The notes under the pieces: model-generated
Databases searched by the model: none
Told to the model about the DNA's origin: nothing
Seen by the model: the letters and a program-made list of their open reading frames with translations, nothing else
NCBI GenBank assembly: GCA_001002285.1
Contig: LCLX01000004.1
Location: 6,885 to 70,884 of the forward strand
Source of the DNA: Microgenomates group bacterium GW2011_GWC1_46_15
Lineage (GTDB): Bacteria > Patescibacteriota > Microgenomatia > UBA1400 > UBA12028
DNA: 64,000 nt
Direction of reading: 5' to 3'
In this document: in pieces, positions 21,339 to 33,855 of the stretch
Position numbering within the stretch: the first letter of the stretch is position 1
How the letters are laid out: every line of letters begins with the position of its first letter
Position numbers and translations under genes: made by a program

Positions 21339-21926
21339 ATGTCCTCTCTCTACCTTGTCCGCCACTGTGAGTACGACAATCCACGAAACATTCTTCCTGG
21401 ACGTTTGCCAGTGGAACTTTCCGAAAAAGGAAAAAAACAAGCGCGAAAACTTACAGAGTATTTTAAGGATAAATCCATTGCAAAAATCCACAGCAGTGCG
21501 GTCTTACGATGTAAGCAAACGAGTGAAATCATTTCGAGCAACGCTATTCCAATTGTGTATGACAAAAGATTATTAGAGATACATTCAGCATACCAAGGGA
21601 TTGCGCGCGAACCCAATGATCCTCTCAAAGAGTATGAGTATTTTTACGGACATATTCCGGAACTTGGTGGAGAAAGTTTGTATGACATCTATACAAGAAT
21701 GGCGTCATTTTTTGAAGAACTTCTGCTAGACTTACATGAAAACGTTATTGTGTGTTCGCATGGTGATCCGTTATACATGGCGTATTATTGGTTTACCAAA
21801 AAACCATTGCCGAGTATCAATGAAGTTTCCGATCCTAATCTCAGTGACTACCAGGAAAAAGCAAGTGTGCGGGAAGTTGTGGTTGAACAAAGTGGACACA
21901 CGTTGCGACCGATACTTCAGTTTTAA
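21339..21926 (+). CDS. Histidine phosphatase family protein
   Basis: LYLVRH, LS..G..QA, SS...R..QT, L.E, GES, CSHGD. Confidence 0.9.
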   Translation: MSSLYLVRHCEYDNPRNILPGRLPVELSEKGKKQARKLTEYFKDKSIAKIHSSAVLRCKQTSEIISSNAIPIVYDKRLLEIHSAYQGIAREPNDPLKEYEYFYGHIPELGGESLYDIYTRMASFFEELLLDLHENVIVCSHGDPLYMAYYWFTKKPLPSINEVSDPNLSDYQEKASVREVVVEQSGHTLRPILQF

Positions 21927-22016
21927 TTTTAATTTGATACATCGCGTATAATATATCCCCATAGGAATCTTGTGGAGGAAGTATGATCTTGGCAATTGTA
22001 ATGTTTTGCTTTACAT

Positions 22017-22553
22017 ATGAGAAACATTGACATTTGGAAACATATCAAGCACGAAAGAACAGCGGATTATTACATATTCCCTGGATGCTTGTATGCGGAA
22101 GGGCGTTTTTTATTGTTTTTGATGTGGGCGAATCATCACCATACACAAATACAAACAGAAAGATTACATATTGTTGTTGGGCCACATGCATCAAATGCTC
22201 GGTGTATACAAAAGAATATAGGGGAACGCACATATTTATGTCTGGAGGGACCATTTGCGGGAACGATTGTTACTCCTGACATTCGAGGAAATAATGCGCC
22301 GTTACGTGCATTATATGAGCATCCTATAGGTAGTTCTTGCGATTTCGTTATTAGCTCCATTGTACGGCCTTCACTTCCAAAACATTTAGAACAATTTGAT
22401 CAAACCAAGGATTTTCTCCCCTTTGTGATGGGATTATTAACCTATCTCCGCTTGCCCATTGAACAGCATACTTTCAAGAGAAATATTGAAGATTTTTCTG
22501 CAATAACAGCAGACGGATATGCTCATCTCGTAAAAATTAGAACAGGTATGTGA
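22017..22553 (+). CDS. Orphan hypothetical protein
   Basis: 178-aa ORF filling the intergenic space; upstream TATAAT. Confidence 0.55.
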   Translation: MRNIDIWKHIKHERTADYYIFPGCLYAEGRFLLFLMWANHHHTQIQTERLHIVVGPHASNARCIQKNIGERTYLCLEGPFAGTIVTPDIRGNNAPLRALYEHPIGSSCDFVISSIVRPSLPKHLEQFDQTKDFLPFVMGLLTYLRLPIEQHTFKRNIEDFSAITADGYAHLVKIRTGM

Positions 22554-22633
22554 GGGAGTTTTTTATAGGAAACTCGATATATTCTTTTTCGGTGCTGGAT
22601 AACACAAAAAGCGGAAGAAATTGCGGTCATGTG

Positions 22634-23416
22634 TTAAATCTCGTTCCACACGTTTACAAACTCTACTTTTGCTTTTTTGCCCACCAGCTCTTGTAACACC
22701 TCAGCAAACTTTTGCGGTCCAAACACCTCTGTTGCGTGGTGGCCTGCCGCGAAGTATGCAATGCCAACTTCCTGGAAAAGATGTGTTGTCCATTCAGCGA
22801 TTTCCCCAGTGATGTACGCGTCCAATCCAAGCTCCAGCATTTCCATGACCTGATCAATATGCGGAATCGCGCCGCCGGTCACAATCCCGATGCGTTTAAT
22901 CGGTCGAGGTTTGGCGGGAAGCACAGTAATGATGGGATGATTCACAATTTTTTCCAAAAACTCCGCGATGTCTTTCGCAGACGTTGGCTGGGCAAACTCA
23001 CCAACATATCCCCAAGTGTCATAAAACGGCTGGAGGCACTCAATGCCGAGTTTTTCCATGAGAATTGGTGTATTGCCAATGATTGGGTGCACATCTAACG
23101 CGTAATGATACCCGCCCACCGTCCAGTTTTCGGCAAATACCATGCGTAGGCGAGCCTGCAGTGATGGATCTAAAATCTGGTTCACAGGCGAAATCATTAT
23201 GGGGTGTTTGGTGAGTACCACGTCAGCATGCTGTTTCTTGGCTTCTTTAAAGAGTTCGACGGTTGCGCTCACTCCGATCACAATTTTTTCGACGCGTTCT
23301 TTTCCGAGAATTTGAATGCCATTTGCCAAGTGTGTATCTTTTTGTTTTGCAGTATCTAAAAGGTCTTTGCCAAAGTAGTTTTCGATCAAGGAAATAAGAT
23401 CGTTGCGGTGAATCAT
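22634..23416 (-). CDS. Nif3-like dinuclear metal protein (YbgI family)
   Basis: NG.Q..G, KHP, YH.ALDVHP..GN, YITGE, AGHHATEVFG; ATGA overlap with lysS. Confidence 0.88.
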   Translation of the reverse strand: MIHRNDLISLIENYFGKDLLDTAKQKDTHLANGIQILGKERVEKIVIGVSATVELFKEAKKQHADVVLTKHPIMISPVNQILDPSLQARLRMVFAENWTVGGYHYALDVHPIIGNTPILMEKLGIECLQPFYDTWGYVGEFAQPTSAKDIAEFLEKIVNHPIITVLPAKPRPIKRIGIVTGGAIPHIDQVMEMLELGLDAYITGEIAEWTTHLFQEVGIAYFAAGHHATEVFGPQKFAEVLQELVGKKAKVEFVNVWNEI

Positions 23417-25464
23417 ATCTTTTGAAATACGGAAATAAGGAATGCAACGTGATCTTCCGGTGATTTGCCGATCAACGCGAATCCTTCTTGAATATCTTCG
23501 CGCGATACGTTTTTAGCAAACGCCTTGTCTTTGAGTTTTTTCAACACAGAACCAGGTTCCATACCAGCAAATCCTTTGCGCATGAGTGAGTATGCGTTGA
23601 TGAATCCGGAAAGTTCGTCGCTTGCGAACAAATAATTTGCCAATAATGACGATGGGTACTTGCCCGTCCGGTTTGGCGCATGTTCGGCAATAGCATCGTG
23701 AAGTTCTGCCGGATAGTCATGTAGTAATTCAGCAAGCGCCTTATTTGGATGTTCATCAGGGAACTTTTCCCAGTCAAGGTCGTGCAGAAGGCCGGTGGCG
23801 TACCACAACTCTGGATCCTCTCCTAACGCTTTTGCGTAGGATTCCAACGCGGCCGCAACCATTTCAACATGATGAACAAGCGCCTCGTTTTTTACATATG
23901 TATGAAGAAGTTTTTGTGATTGGTCGCGGGACGGCAACGATGTCGACGTTTTTACACTTTTTTTCACGGGCACAGTCGAAAGTGGTGTTGATGTTGCTGT
24001 TGGAACAACCGGCTGTTTCCCCACTGGTCTCAACGTTGGAAACGCAATAACTTCGCGAATCGCCCACGTATTGGTTAAAAACATCACGAGCCGATCAATC
24101 CCAATGCCAATGCCACCAAGCGGGGGCATACCATACTCCATGGCTTCTAGGAACTCTTCATCCATGGGTTGGGCCTCGGCATCGCCTTCACGCATGTGCT
24201 GCTGTTCCACTTCAAACCGTTTGCGCTGTTCCAGCGCGTCGGTAATTTCACTCCATCCATCACACATTTCTTTTCCACCGATGTATCCCTCAAACCGTTC
24301 GACTAGCTCTGGATTTTTTCGGTGCTCCTTAGACAACGGGCTCACTTCTTTTGGATAATCAATGATCCACGTTGGGTTAATGAGTTTTGGCGGAACAGTG
24401 TGATCAAACAACGCAAAAATTGCTTTGCCACGGGAAAATGTTCCGGTGAGTTGGATATGCCGCTGGTCCAATTCTTTTTGCAAACCACTATCGCCACCTT
24501 TCTCAACGTCAATACTTTCAAACTTTTTCAATGCATCAGCCATGCTGATTCTTGGCCACTTTCCGTCAAGCTTTACAACATGCTCCCCCACCAGCATTTC
24601 CAGTTTCCCATGAACGGCTTTCACCAGGTGCTTGATGAGCCCTTCAGTGGTGTCCATGATGCGGGTATAGTCGGCGTAGGCCTCGTACCACTCAATCATC
24701 GTGAACTCGGGCTGGTGTGTGAGATCAACGCCTTCGTTGCGGAAGTTGCGGGCAATTTCAAACACACGCTCGTATCCGCCCACGATCAACCGTTTTAGGT
24801 ATAGCTCCGGGGCGATGCGGAGGTAGTAGTCGCTGTCCAGCGCGTTCATGTGCGTGGTAAACGGCCGCGCGTTGGTTCCGCCGTACAATGTTTGCAGAAC
24901 CGGTGTTTCAACCTCAACAAAATGCTCAACATCCTGCAGATACCGGCGGATTTCTTTTTCGATCGTCCACCGGGCATCCAAAATGCGTTTTGCGTCGGGG
25001 TTAATCAAAAGATCGAGGTAGCGTTTGCGGTACCGGGTTTCGGGATCGTCAATACCCTGCCAAGTCGTTGGGATTGGACGCAGAGATTTGCTTAGCACGT
25101 CAAAATGGGTGGCTTGAATCGTGATTTCACCGGTTTTAGACGTAATAACGATGCCTTTGACGCCGATGTAATCCCCGGGGTCAAGAAGCGTGAGAAGTTC
25201 ATACTGTTTTTTGTCATCATCTTCGCGAAACATGACCTGCATACTTGCCGAGTCATCGCGCAGATCGCAAAACGTGACTTTGCCGTGCTCGCGCAGGCTC
25301 ATAATCCGGCCGGCCGTTTCAACAGTTTTTCCTTCAGAAAGCTTTGCCTGCGCTATAGAGTATGTTTTGTGAAAACTGTATGGGTGCACGTTCACGCCAA
25401 GCGCTTCTAACTTTTTGCGTTTTTCGAGTTTTGCTTCCCTTGAGTGATCGAGCCGTGTGGACAT
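23413..25464 (-). CDS. lysS: Lysine--tRNA ligase (class II) fused to a C-terminal HD-domain hydrolase
   Basis: RYRKRYLDL, EVETP.L, YLRIAPELYLKRL, FRNEG, YGMPP.GG.G.GIDRL; Pro/Thr/Ser linker; then H...GLLHDLD...H...H...SDELSG. Confidence 0.95.
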   Translation of the reverse strand: MSTRLDHSREAKLEKRKKLEALGVNVHPYSFHKTYSIAQAKLSEGKTVETAGRIMSLREHGKVTFCDLRDDSASMQVMFREDDDKKQYELLTLLDPGDYIGVKGIVITSKTGEITIQATHFDVLSKSLRPIPTTWQGIDDPETRYRKRYLDLLINPDAKRILDARWTIEKEIRRYLQDVEHFVEVETPVLQTLYGGTNARPFTTHMNALDSDYYLRIAPELYLKRLIVGGYERVFEIARNFRNEGVDLTHQPEFTMIEWYEAYADYTRIMDTTEGLIKHLVKAVHGKLEMLVGEHVVKLDGKWPRISMADALKKFESIDVEKGGDSGLQKELDQRHIQLTGTFSRGKAIFALFDHTVPPKLINPTWIIDYPKEVSPLSKEHRKNPELVERFEGYIGGKEMCDGWSEITDALEQRKRFEVEQQHMREGDAEAQPMDEEFLEAMEYGMPPLGGIGIGIDRLVMFLTNTWAIREVIAFPTLRPVGKQPVVPTATSTPLSTVPVKKSVKTSTSLPSRDQSQKLLHTYVKNEALVHHVEMVAAALESYAKALGEDPELWYATGLLHDLDWEKFPDEHPNKALAELLHDYPAELHDAIAEHAPNRTGKYPSSLLANYLFASDELSGFINAYSLMRKGFAGMEPGSVLKKLKDKAFAKNVSREDIQEGFALIGKSPEDHVAFLISVFQKI

Positions 25465-25498
25465 GAAGGTATTGTAGCAAGCTCAAGTATGGAAGTCA

Positions 25499-25777
25499 TT
25501 ATGCTTCCACTATTGGGGATTGAGGTGAAGCAAGAAGATCAAGAATTGCGGAAGGAGGAGCGAGGTAATCAGGATTTCTATTTGCTAAGAAAAAATCTGT
25601 TTCGACAAAAGTATCAGGAAATGCAATATCGATAAGAACGTATTCAATTAATACTCCAAACACTTTATTCGCGCGCCCAATTGTCCCCTCACCTTTATAT
25701 TTTTCTTTTGTGTGTGGATTTGTCCATTCAAAAACAACGCGTTGTCCAGGACCATATTCAGTATGTTTTTTTGCCAT
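25499..25777 (-). CDS. Hypothetical protein between greA and lysS
   Basis: 92-aa ORF starting 2 nt after the greA stop; KOW/SH3-like beta pattern. Confidence 0.5.
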   Translation of the reverse strand: MAKKHTEYGPGQRVVFEWTNPHTKEKYKGEGTIGRANKVFGVLIEYVLIDIAFPDTFVETDFFLANRNPDYLAPPSAILDLLASPQSPIVEA

Positions 25778-25779
25778 GT

Positions 25780-26259
25780 CTATTCAATCCCGACAATGAC
25801 GTACTTCAACTTACCCGCAGGAACATCAATCTCAACTGCTTCGCCTTTTTTCTTTCCGATGAGTGCTTTTCCAAGCGGCGACTGGTGCGAAATCTTCTTT
25901 TCAAGCGGATTTGCTTCCCACTCTCCGACAATGTGATAGATATGTTTGGAGTTTCCAACCTTCAGTGTAACCATCGAACCAAGGTTAATAACTCCATTGC
26001 CGGATTTTCCACCCTTCCCGTTTTTAAGGATTTTTGCTTTACTCGCGATGCCTTCAAGTTCAGAGATTTTTCCTTCCAAAAATGCTAAATCTTCGCGCGC
26101 GGACTGGTACTCTGCGTTCTCACTGAGATCGCCAAACGACCGCGCCGTGGCGACGCGTTGAATCGCTACGGGAAGTTTAACTTCTTTGAGCTCTTTAAGC
26201 TCGGCAACAATCTGATCGTGTCCTTCTTGTGTCAGTTGGACGTCATCCTGTTGTGTCAT
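25780..26259 (-). CDS. greA: Transcription elongation factor GreA
   Basis: LT.EG...EL, GDLSENAEY, IS.QSPLGKALIG; SD AAGGAG. Confidence 0.97.
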   Translation of the reverse strand: MTQQDDVQLTQEGHDQIVAELKELKEVKLPVAIQRVATARSFGDLSENAEYQSAREDLAFLEGKISELEGIASKAKILKNGKGGKSGNGVINLGSMVTLKVGNSKHIYHIVGEWEANPLEKKISHQSPLGKALIGKKKGEAVEIDVPAGKLKYVIVGIE

Positions 26260-26349
26260 GGCGCTCCTTATTGTATTCGTTACAGGGTTGCATTGTATTG
26301 AATTTCAAGAGGTGTGTCTAGTAGCAAGAAAATACTGATATATGGGATT

Positions 26350-26790
26350 TTATACGTTTGGAAGAGTTGGCCTTTTTTTCCGTAGGCCGGCGGTGTACGC
26401 CTTCATCTCCATGAGCACGCGCTGAAGCGGCGCTTCGGCAATCACGAAGGCCTGTGTATCAATCTTCTCCTGCATGGCTTCCTTCGCTTTTTCACGCGCT
26501 TCTTGTGCTCTCGCAAGCGTCGCATCACGTTCAAATGACGCGCTATTGGCAAGCACAGTAATCGTGTTACTTGGGCCAACGTCCATGAATCCTCCGGTAA
26601 TAATGACGTATGTATCTTTGCCGTCAACCTTGAATCGCAATATGCCTTCCTGTAGTTGCGTAAATAGCGGAATGTGATTTGGCAGAACGGTAATCTCACC
26701 AGAGGTTGTTGGAGCGGTAATCTGTTCGATATCCTGTTTCAGCAACTCTTTTTCTTGTGTCACGATGGTAAGGGTGAGGTGATGGGACAT
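26350..26790 (-). CDS. atpC: ATP synthase epsilon subunit
   Basis: IVT.E, GEITVLPNH.P, GGF; position in the operon. Confidence 0.93.
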   Translation of the reverse strand: MSHHLTLTIVTQEKELLKQDIEQITAPTTSGEITVLPNHIPLFTQLQEGILRFKVDGKDTYVIITGGFMDVGPSNTITVLANSASFERDATLARAQEAREKAKEAMQEKIDTQAFVIAEAPLQRVLMEMKAYTAGLRKKRPTLPNV

Positions 26791-26849
26791 ATATTTTTAT
26801 TGTAGTTCTTGTTTACGCGCTAAGTTACTAAACGCGAGTCACTCACTAT

Positions 26850-28301
<1,452 letters not shown>

Positions 28302-29165
28302 TTATCCGGCCACGCTCAGCGTCGCCGTGGTCATGTCAATGAGTTCGGTTGTAATTGCGGCTTGGCGCGATTTGTTAAACACCAACTGCAGTCCATTCAT
28401 CACATCGCGGGCGTTGTCCGACGCGCTTTTCATGGCGACCATGCGGGCGGAGTGCTCACTCGCTTTTGCATCGAGCAATGTGTGATAGATTTCGACGGCA
28501 ATATAGTATGGAAGCAAAAATTCCAAGATTTCTGTTGAGTTTGGTTCAAAGAGATACTCGGATTTTGCTTCAACAAGATCTGCTGGTTGCTGAATCTCTT
28601 CGGCGGGAGGCGGAAGAATCTGCTCAAACTTCACTTTTTGCGAGAGTGTTGAGACAAACTGCATGTGGACAAGATGAACGTCGCTGTACTCGCCATCCAA
28701 AAAGGCTTTCATCACAAGCTCGGCAATCGGGAGAGTGTCTTCAAACCGGATGCGGTCCGGAAGATCGGTGAACTCACCAATAATTGTGTGCCGGAACTTG
28801 AGCGCGTACTCCTTGCCTTTTTTTCCAATGACAACAAACTCTGCTTTTTTCGGTTTCATGAACTCTTCAACGGCTTTAAACAAGTTGGTGCTGAGCCCAC
28901 CCGCCAAACCGCGGTTGGATGAAATCAGAACAATGAGCGATTTGGGAGCATCGTTTGTCTGCAAAAGCGGATGCATCGCCGAGTTTGTGTGGCGTGCAAT
29001 CGTCTTCAACATCGTTGTTAATTTTTCTGCGTACGGCTTACCTGCAAGTGTTTGTTCCTGCGCGTGCCGCATTTTGCTTGCCGAAACCATCTCCATTGCC
29101 TTTGTAATTTGGGCAATGTTTTTTGCGGACTTGATGCGGCGACGAATTAATCTTGATACGCTCAT
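28302..29165 (-). CDS. atpG: ATP synthase gamma subunit
   Basis: [31 protein letters not shown]. Confidence 0.98.
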   Translation of the reverse strand: MSVSRLIRRRIKSAKNIAQITKAMEMVSASKMRHAQEQTLAGKPYAEKLTTMLKTIARHTNSAMHPLLQTNDAPKSLIVLISSNRGLAGGLSTNLFKAVEEFMKPKKAEFVVIGKKGKEYALKFRHTIIGEFTDLPDRIRFEDTLPIAELVMKAFLDGEYSDVHLVHMQFVSTLSQKVKFEQILPPPAEEIQQPADLVEAKSEYLFEPNSTEILEFLLPYYIAVEIYHTLLDAKASEHSARMVAMKSASDNARDVMNGLQLVFNKSRQAAITTELIDMTTATLSVAG

Positions 29166-30667
29166 AGATGTAGCTCGGAATGAATATCGTTAAACGTTGT
29201 GAGTGCCTTTTGTAACGCTTTTTCGGTGTCTTCGATGATTTTTCCTTCAGCTTTGATGGACTTTAGGATCGCTGGTTCATCGGCTTTCAGATACATAGTC
29301 GCGAGCTCTTCCCACATGCGTGTTTTTTCCAGTGAAACGGAATCAAGGTAGCCGTTGGTTGCGGCGTAAATCACTGCGACCTGGTCTTCTACCGGCATTG
29401 GTTTGTCCCAATCTTGGTTCAAGATGGTGGATACGCGCGCCCCGCGGTCAAGCTGAGCTTTTGTTTTTGCGTCCAAGTCAGAAGAAAACTGCGCGAATGC
29501 CGCCAACTCACGGTACTGCGCCAAGTCCAACCGCATTTTTCCGGCAACCTGCTTCATTGTCTTTAATTGTGCGGCAGAACCCACGCGTGAAACAGAAAGT
29601 CCCACGTTAATAGCGGGCTTGACGCCAGAGTTAAACAAGTCGGTTTCAAGATAAATCTGGCCATCGGTAATCGAAATCACGTTTGTCGGAATAAATGCTG
29701 ATACATCCGAAGCCTGTGTTTCAATAATCGGCAGAGCGGTAATCGAACCACCACCATATTTTTCATCAAGACGGCACGCACGCTCGAGCAAGCGGGAGTG
29801 AAGGTAGAAGACATCACCTGGATACGCTTCACGACCGGAAGGTCTGCGAAGCAACAATGAAATCTCGCGGTATGCCACGGCGTGTTTGGATAAGTCATCG
29901 TAAATCACCAAGACATCTTTGCCTTGTTTCAAAAAGTACTCCGCAATCGCGACGCCGGCGTATGGCGCCAAGAACTGCGATGTTGCCGAGTCGGAAGCGG
30001 TAGCTGCAACAACCACGGTGTAGTCCATCGAGCCAGTTTTTTCGAATAGCGCAACTGTTTGCGCAACGTAACTGCGTTTTTGCCCAATCGCTACATACAC
30101 ACAAATGACGTTCTGCCCGCGCTGGTTCAAGATCGTGCCAAGCCCAATGGAAGATTTTCCAGTTCCGCGGTCGCCGATAATCAGCTCACGCTGTCCCCGA
30201 CCAACTGGAATCATGGCATCAATCGCTTTAATACCGGTTTGTAGCGGAACAGTAACCATTTTGCGCGTAATCACACCCGGGGCAACTTTTTCTAACGGCT
30301 GGTATGTTTTAACAGCGATTGGCGCTTTGCCGTCTAGCGCGCGTCCAAGCGGATCAACAACGCGGCCAACAATGTCATCCGAAACGCCGATAGAAAGGAG
30401 GCGGCCGGTTGTCTGCACGGTGTCGCCTGCGCGGATATCGCGATTTTCAGTGAGCAACACCACGCCAACGTTGTCTTTTTTTAAGTTGAGCGCAAGCGCG
30501 AACGTGTCTTTGCCAACCAACACAAGCTCGCCCAACATGACGTCATCTAAACCGGAAATGGTTGCAATGCCGTCGCCAAAGTTCGTGATGGTTCCAACGC
30601 TTTGTTTGGTTGTTTCCAACTTTGCGCCCGCGAGCTGTTTTTTAATTTCAGAAAGAAAATCTGTCAT
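29162..30667 (-). CDS. atpA: ATP synthase alpha subunit
   Basis: [40 protein letters not shown]. Confidence 0.99.
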   Translation of the reverse strand: MTDFLSEIKKQLAGAKLETTKQSVGTITNFGDGIATISGLDDVMLGELVLVGKDTFALALNLKKDNVGVVLLTENRDIRAGDTVQTTGRLLSIGVSDDIVGRVVDPLGRALDGKAPIAVKTYQPLEKVAPGVITRKMVTVPLQTGIKAIDAMIPVGRGQRELIIGDRGTGKSSIGLGTILNQRGQNVICVYVAIGQKRSYVAQTVALFEKTGSMDYTVVVAATASDSATSQFLAPYAGVAIAEYFLKQGKDVLVIYDDLSKHAVAYREISLLLRRPSGREAYPGDVFYLHSRLLERACRLDEKYGGGSITALPIIETQASDVSAFIPTNVISITDGQIYLETDLFNSGVKPAINVGLSVSRVGSAAQLKTMKQVAGKMRLDLAQYRELAAFAQFSSDLDAKTKAQLDRGARVSTILNQDWDKPMPVEDQVAVIYAATNGYLDSVSLEKTRMWEELATMYLKADEPAILKSIKAEGKIIEDTEKALQKALTTFNDIHSELHL

Positions 30668-30879
30668 GATGTCCTCAACTGTTCTAGTTTTCCGCGCAAC
30701 GATGCGTCATATACCGTTGATCCAACCCGCACGCGGACTCCACCAAGAATCTCAGGATTAAGCTCCGTGGTGTACGACTCCGTGCCGAACGATTTTTTCA
30801 GCATCGCTTTCAGTGTTTGCGCCTGTTGCGTGGAAAGCGGAACGACTGTTTCAACGACAACAGATGTGTTTTTTGCCAT
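30664..30879 (-). CDS. atpH: ATP synthase delta subunit, truncated (C-terminal domain only)
   Basis: [23 protein letters not shown]; only 71 aa. Confidence 0.85.
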   Translation of the reverse strand: MAKNTSVVVETVVPLSTQQAQTLKAMLKKSFGTESYTTELNPEILGGVRVRVGSTVYDASLRGKLEQLRTS

Positions 30880-30905
30880 ACATTTTCTTTCCAGTTCGAC
30901 TACTT

Positions 30906-31391
30906 TTACATCGCCTGCGCAAGTTCTTTCAGTCCTTTGTCAATCAGTCCAGCGTGCGCTTTCTTATCCACAGCTTTACCAACTACTTTTTCGGTAACAG
31001 CGTACACCGCGTCAACAAATTCTTTGCGCATCGCAGCATGCTCGCCTTTTTTTTCAAGCTCCCACGACTTCATCGCCTTTTCTTTGTCGAGCTTGATCTC
31101 CGCACGGGCTTTTTCCGTAAGCTCTTTTTTTAACTCAGTGGCTTGCTCACGCGCTTTCTCCATCATTTTTGCGGACTCTTTTTCGGCGCGAACTTTTTCT
31201 TTTTTCTTGAGCTCGTCAATCGCGTCTTTCTCTTTGAGCGATTCTTCAGCAGCCCTATCCGCGTCGTGAATCTTTTTCGCGCGCTCATCCAGCACCTTTA
31301 TCACCGGTTTGTAGACGAGGAACACAATCGCGCCAAACACCACGCCAAAGTTCAGTACCTGGAACAAAATTTGGTCAAGTTTAATATCCAT
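30906..31391 (-). CDS. atpF: ATP synthase b subunit
   Basis: N-terminal TM Q..NF...YKP...LDER..I followed by a charged coiled coil. Confidence 0.92.
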   Translation of the reverse strand: MDIKLDQILFQVLNFGVVFGAIVFLVYKPVIKVLDERAKKIHDADRAAEESLKEKDAIDELKKKEKVRAEKESAKMMEKAREQATELKKELTEKARAEIKLDKEKAMKSWELEKKGEHAAMRKEFVDAVYAVTEKVVGKAVDKKAHAGLIDKGLKELAQAM

Positions 31392-31401
31392 AGATGCTCC
31401 T

Positions 31402-32441
<1,040 letters not shown>

Positions 32442-32580
32442 AAAAAACACCCATCTTTGCGATGTTTATTCACATTGTATGGGAAGAACTCGAGTTTCGC
32501 AAGTCGTTGATTTTCACGCGGCTTCTTGATATGATGTCAAGTTACAGAGTTGTTTTCCTTTATTTTCTGCCCACATTTTT

Positions 32581-33147
32581 ATGCCAAGTTCAAAAGATCT
32601 GTTATTAGAGTATGTTCCGCAAGAAGCGTATGAAAGAGCTCCTGTTAAAGTAAGTGAAGATTTACTTTCTGTCGTTGAACGCATAGCTCGGGTGCTTCCA
32701 CCAGAAAAAGTCTGGAAATGGTTTTCGAGTACTCCAGGAGAAACCAGAAGAGAAATCCGTTTTCCGTACGCTAGAATAGATGCGCTGACACTTGCGACCG
32801 AAATAACTATTGATACACTAACGATATATCCCCCAACAAGTCCAGAATAGTTTGAAAAGGAGTATGAAGAAGCAGCTTCTTATGCATTACAAGCATTGAT
32901 TTGGGTTGAAATAGGATTTGGAGGATTAGAGAATTTGGCAAAAAGCCCAGCATCGAGAAATTGGACTTCTGGAGTTGGTCATTTCGTAGATGATAAGCAG
33001 AGAGAAAAAGGCATTATGACAACGGGGCGTGAAATGTATATGAGGTGTTTAAGAGCATTTTTGAAGTTTCGTAGAGAGCATGGTATTACCAGTGATTGTT
33101 TTACGGAGTACCACCTCGAGTATCTTTTAGACACGATTGAGGGATGA
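32581..33147 (+). pseudogene. Orphan gene interrupted by one in-frame TAG (32848-32850)
   Basis: ORFs 32581-32850 and 32896-33147 are in the same frame with no other stop; upstream TTGATT-N17-TATGAT. Confidence 0.55.
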
Positions 33148-33309
33148 GTTCACTGCAGGAACAAGAAGAATGTCCCGCTTCATGCCTTTGACCTTTTCAC
33201 AAATTTTGGAGAAAGATTGAGCCTTAGCAACGACGATATTTTTTTTACTAATCGCAAGCCAACCTAATGAATTTTTCTTGAGGGGAGAGCGTAAATCACG
33301 AGCATTCAT
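33127..33309 (-). CDS. Small protein, DUF5678-like
   Basis: L...GWLAIS....VVAKA.SF....EK........VP pattern. Confidence 0.4.
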   Translation of the reverse strand: MNARDLRSPLKKNSLGWLAISKKNIVVAKAQSFSKICEKVKGMKRDILLVPAVNSSLNRV

Positions 33310-33379
33310 ATATGCTGAAAATGTACCACAAGAAACAGTTCGAAACAAGTGGATATTATGTACTCAATTTATGCCGATT

Positions 33380-33408
33380 TTGACTCAAGATACATCAAGG
33401 TGTATACT
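33380..33408 (+). promoter_or_regulatory. Near-consensus sigma70 promoter
   Basis: TTGACT-N17-TATACT. Confidence 0.7.
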
Positions 33409-33417
33409 GATTTCCGT

Positions 33418-33498
33418 ATGAATATCGTAAAGTTGTGCTCTTCGTTTTGGAAGCATTACCGTACCCGCATCTTTAAGGGGCTCTTTTCTCGTACCTAA
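33418..33498 (+). CDS. Candidate 26-aa leader peptide MNIVKLCSSFWKHYRTRIFKGLFSRT
   Basis: ATG 9 nt after the -10; contains the antiterminator segment AGGGGCTC. Confidence 0.4.
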   Translation: MNIVKLCSSFWKHYRTRIFKGLFSRT

Positions 33499-33520
33499 CG
33501 ACAGACGTGTAGTGTGTTCG

Positions 33521-33545
33521 AGCCCCTGACAAGAGGGGCTTTTTT
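33521..33545 (+). terminator. Intrinsic terminator (attenuator-like)
   Basis: AGCCCCT-gacaag-AGGGGCT followed by a T run. Confidence 0.7.
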
Positions 33546-33555
33546 GTATATGGAG

Positions 33556-33580
33556 AAAGTCCCCGAAGGAGACTTTTTTA
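33556..33580 (+). terminator. Second terminator-like hairpin
   Basis: AAAGTC-CCC-GAA-GGA-GACTTT-TTTA (one mismatch on +, which is a G-U pair on -). Confidence 0.45.
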
Positions 33581-33631
33581 CCCAAAACACCTCACGCACA
33601 GATAGAAAGAAATGAAGAAAGTACTCGATGT

Positions 33632-33781
33632 ATGAAAATACAGACCATAGAAAAAATGTTGAGCATTGCTGCCGCATGCGCGGCGATTGTCTCAGCCGCC
33701 ATCATGACAAAACAAGTTGTTACTCCAGCGCAAAGTATTCAAAACGTTTCGCAGGGGGTGATTCAGCCGTGCGTAAAATAG
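33632..33781 (+). CDS. Candidate 49-aa small membrane/secreted peptide
   Basis: MKIQTIEKMLSIAAACAAIVSAAIMTKQVVTPAQSIQNVSQGVIQPCVK; single hydrophobic segment; below the ORF-track cutoff. Confidence 0.4.
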   Translation: MKIQTIEKMLSIAAACAAIVSAAIMTKQVVTPAQSIQNVSQGVIQPCVK

Positions 33782-33855
33782 TTCACTCCAGCGTTATGAT
33801 TTTTCTTTGTAGTATAATTGGCAACAATATAACATCCTGCTCCGAAAGGAAAAAT

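Noticed and set aside
33628-33855. 191-aa version of the ORF ending at 34203
   Set aside because: The upstream part is Cys/Ser-rich and non-protein-like, and overlaps a better 49-aa ORF and a TATAAT; the start at 33856 has an SD-like AAAGGA
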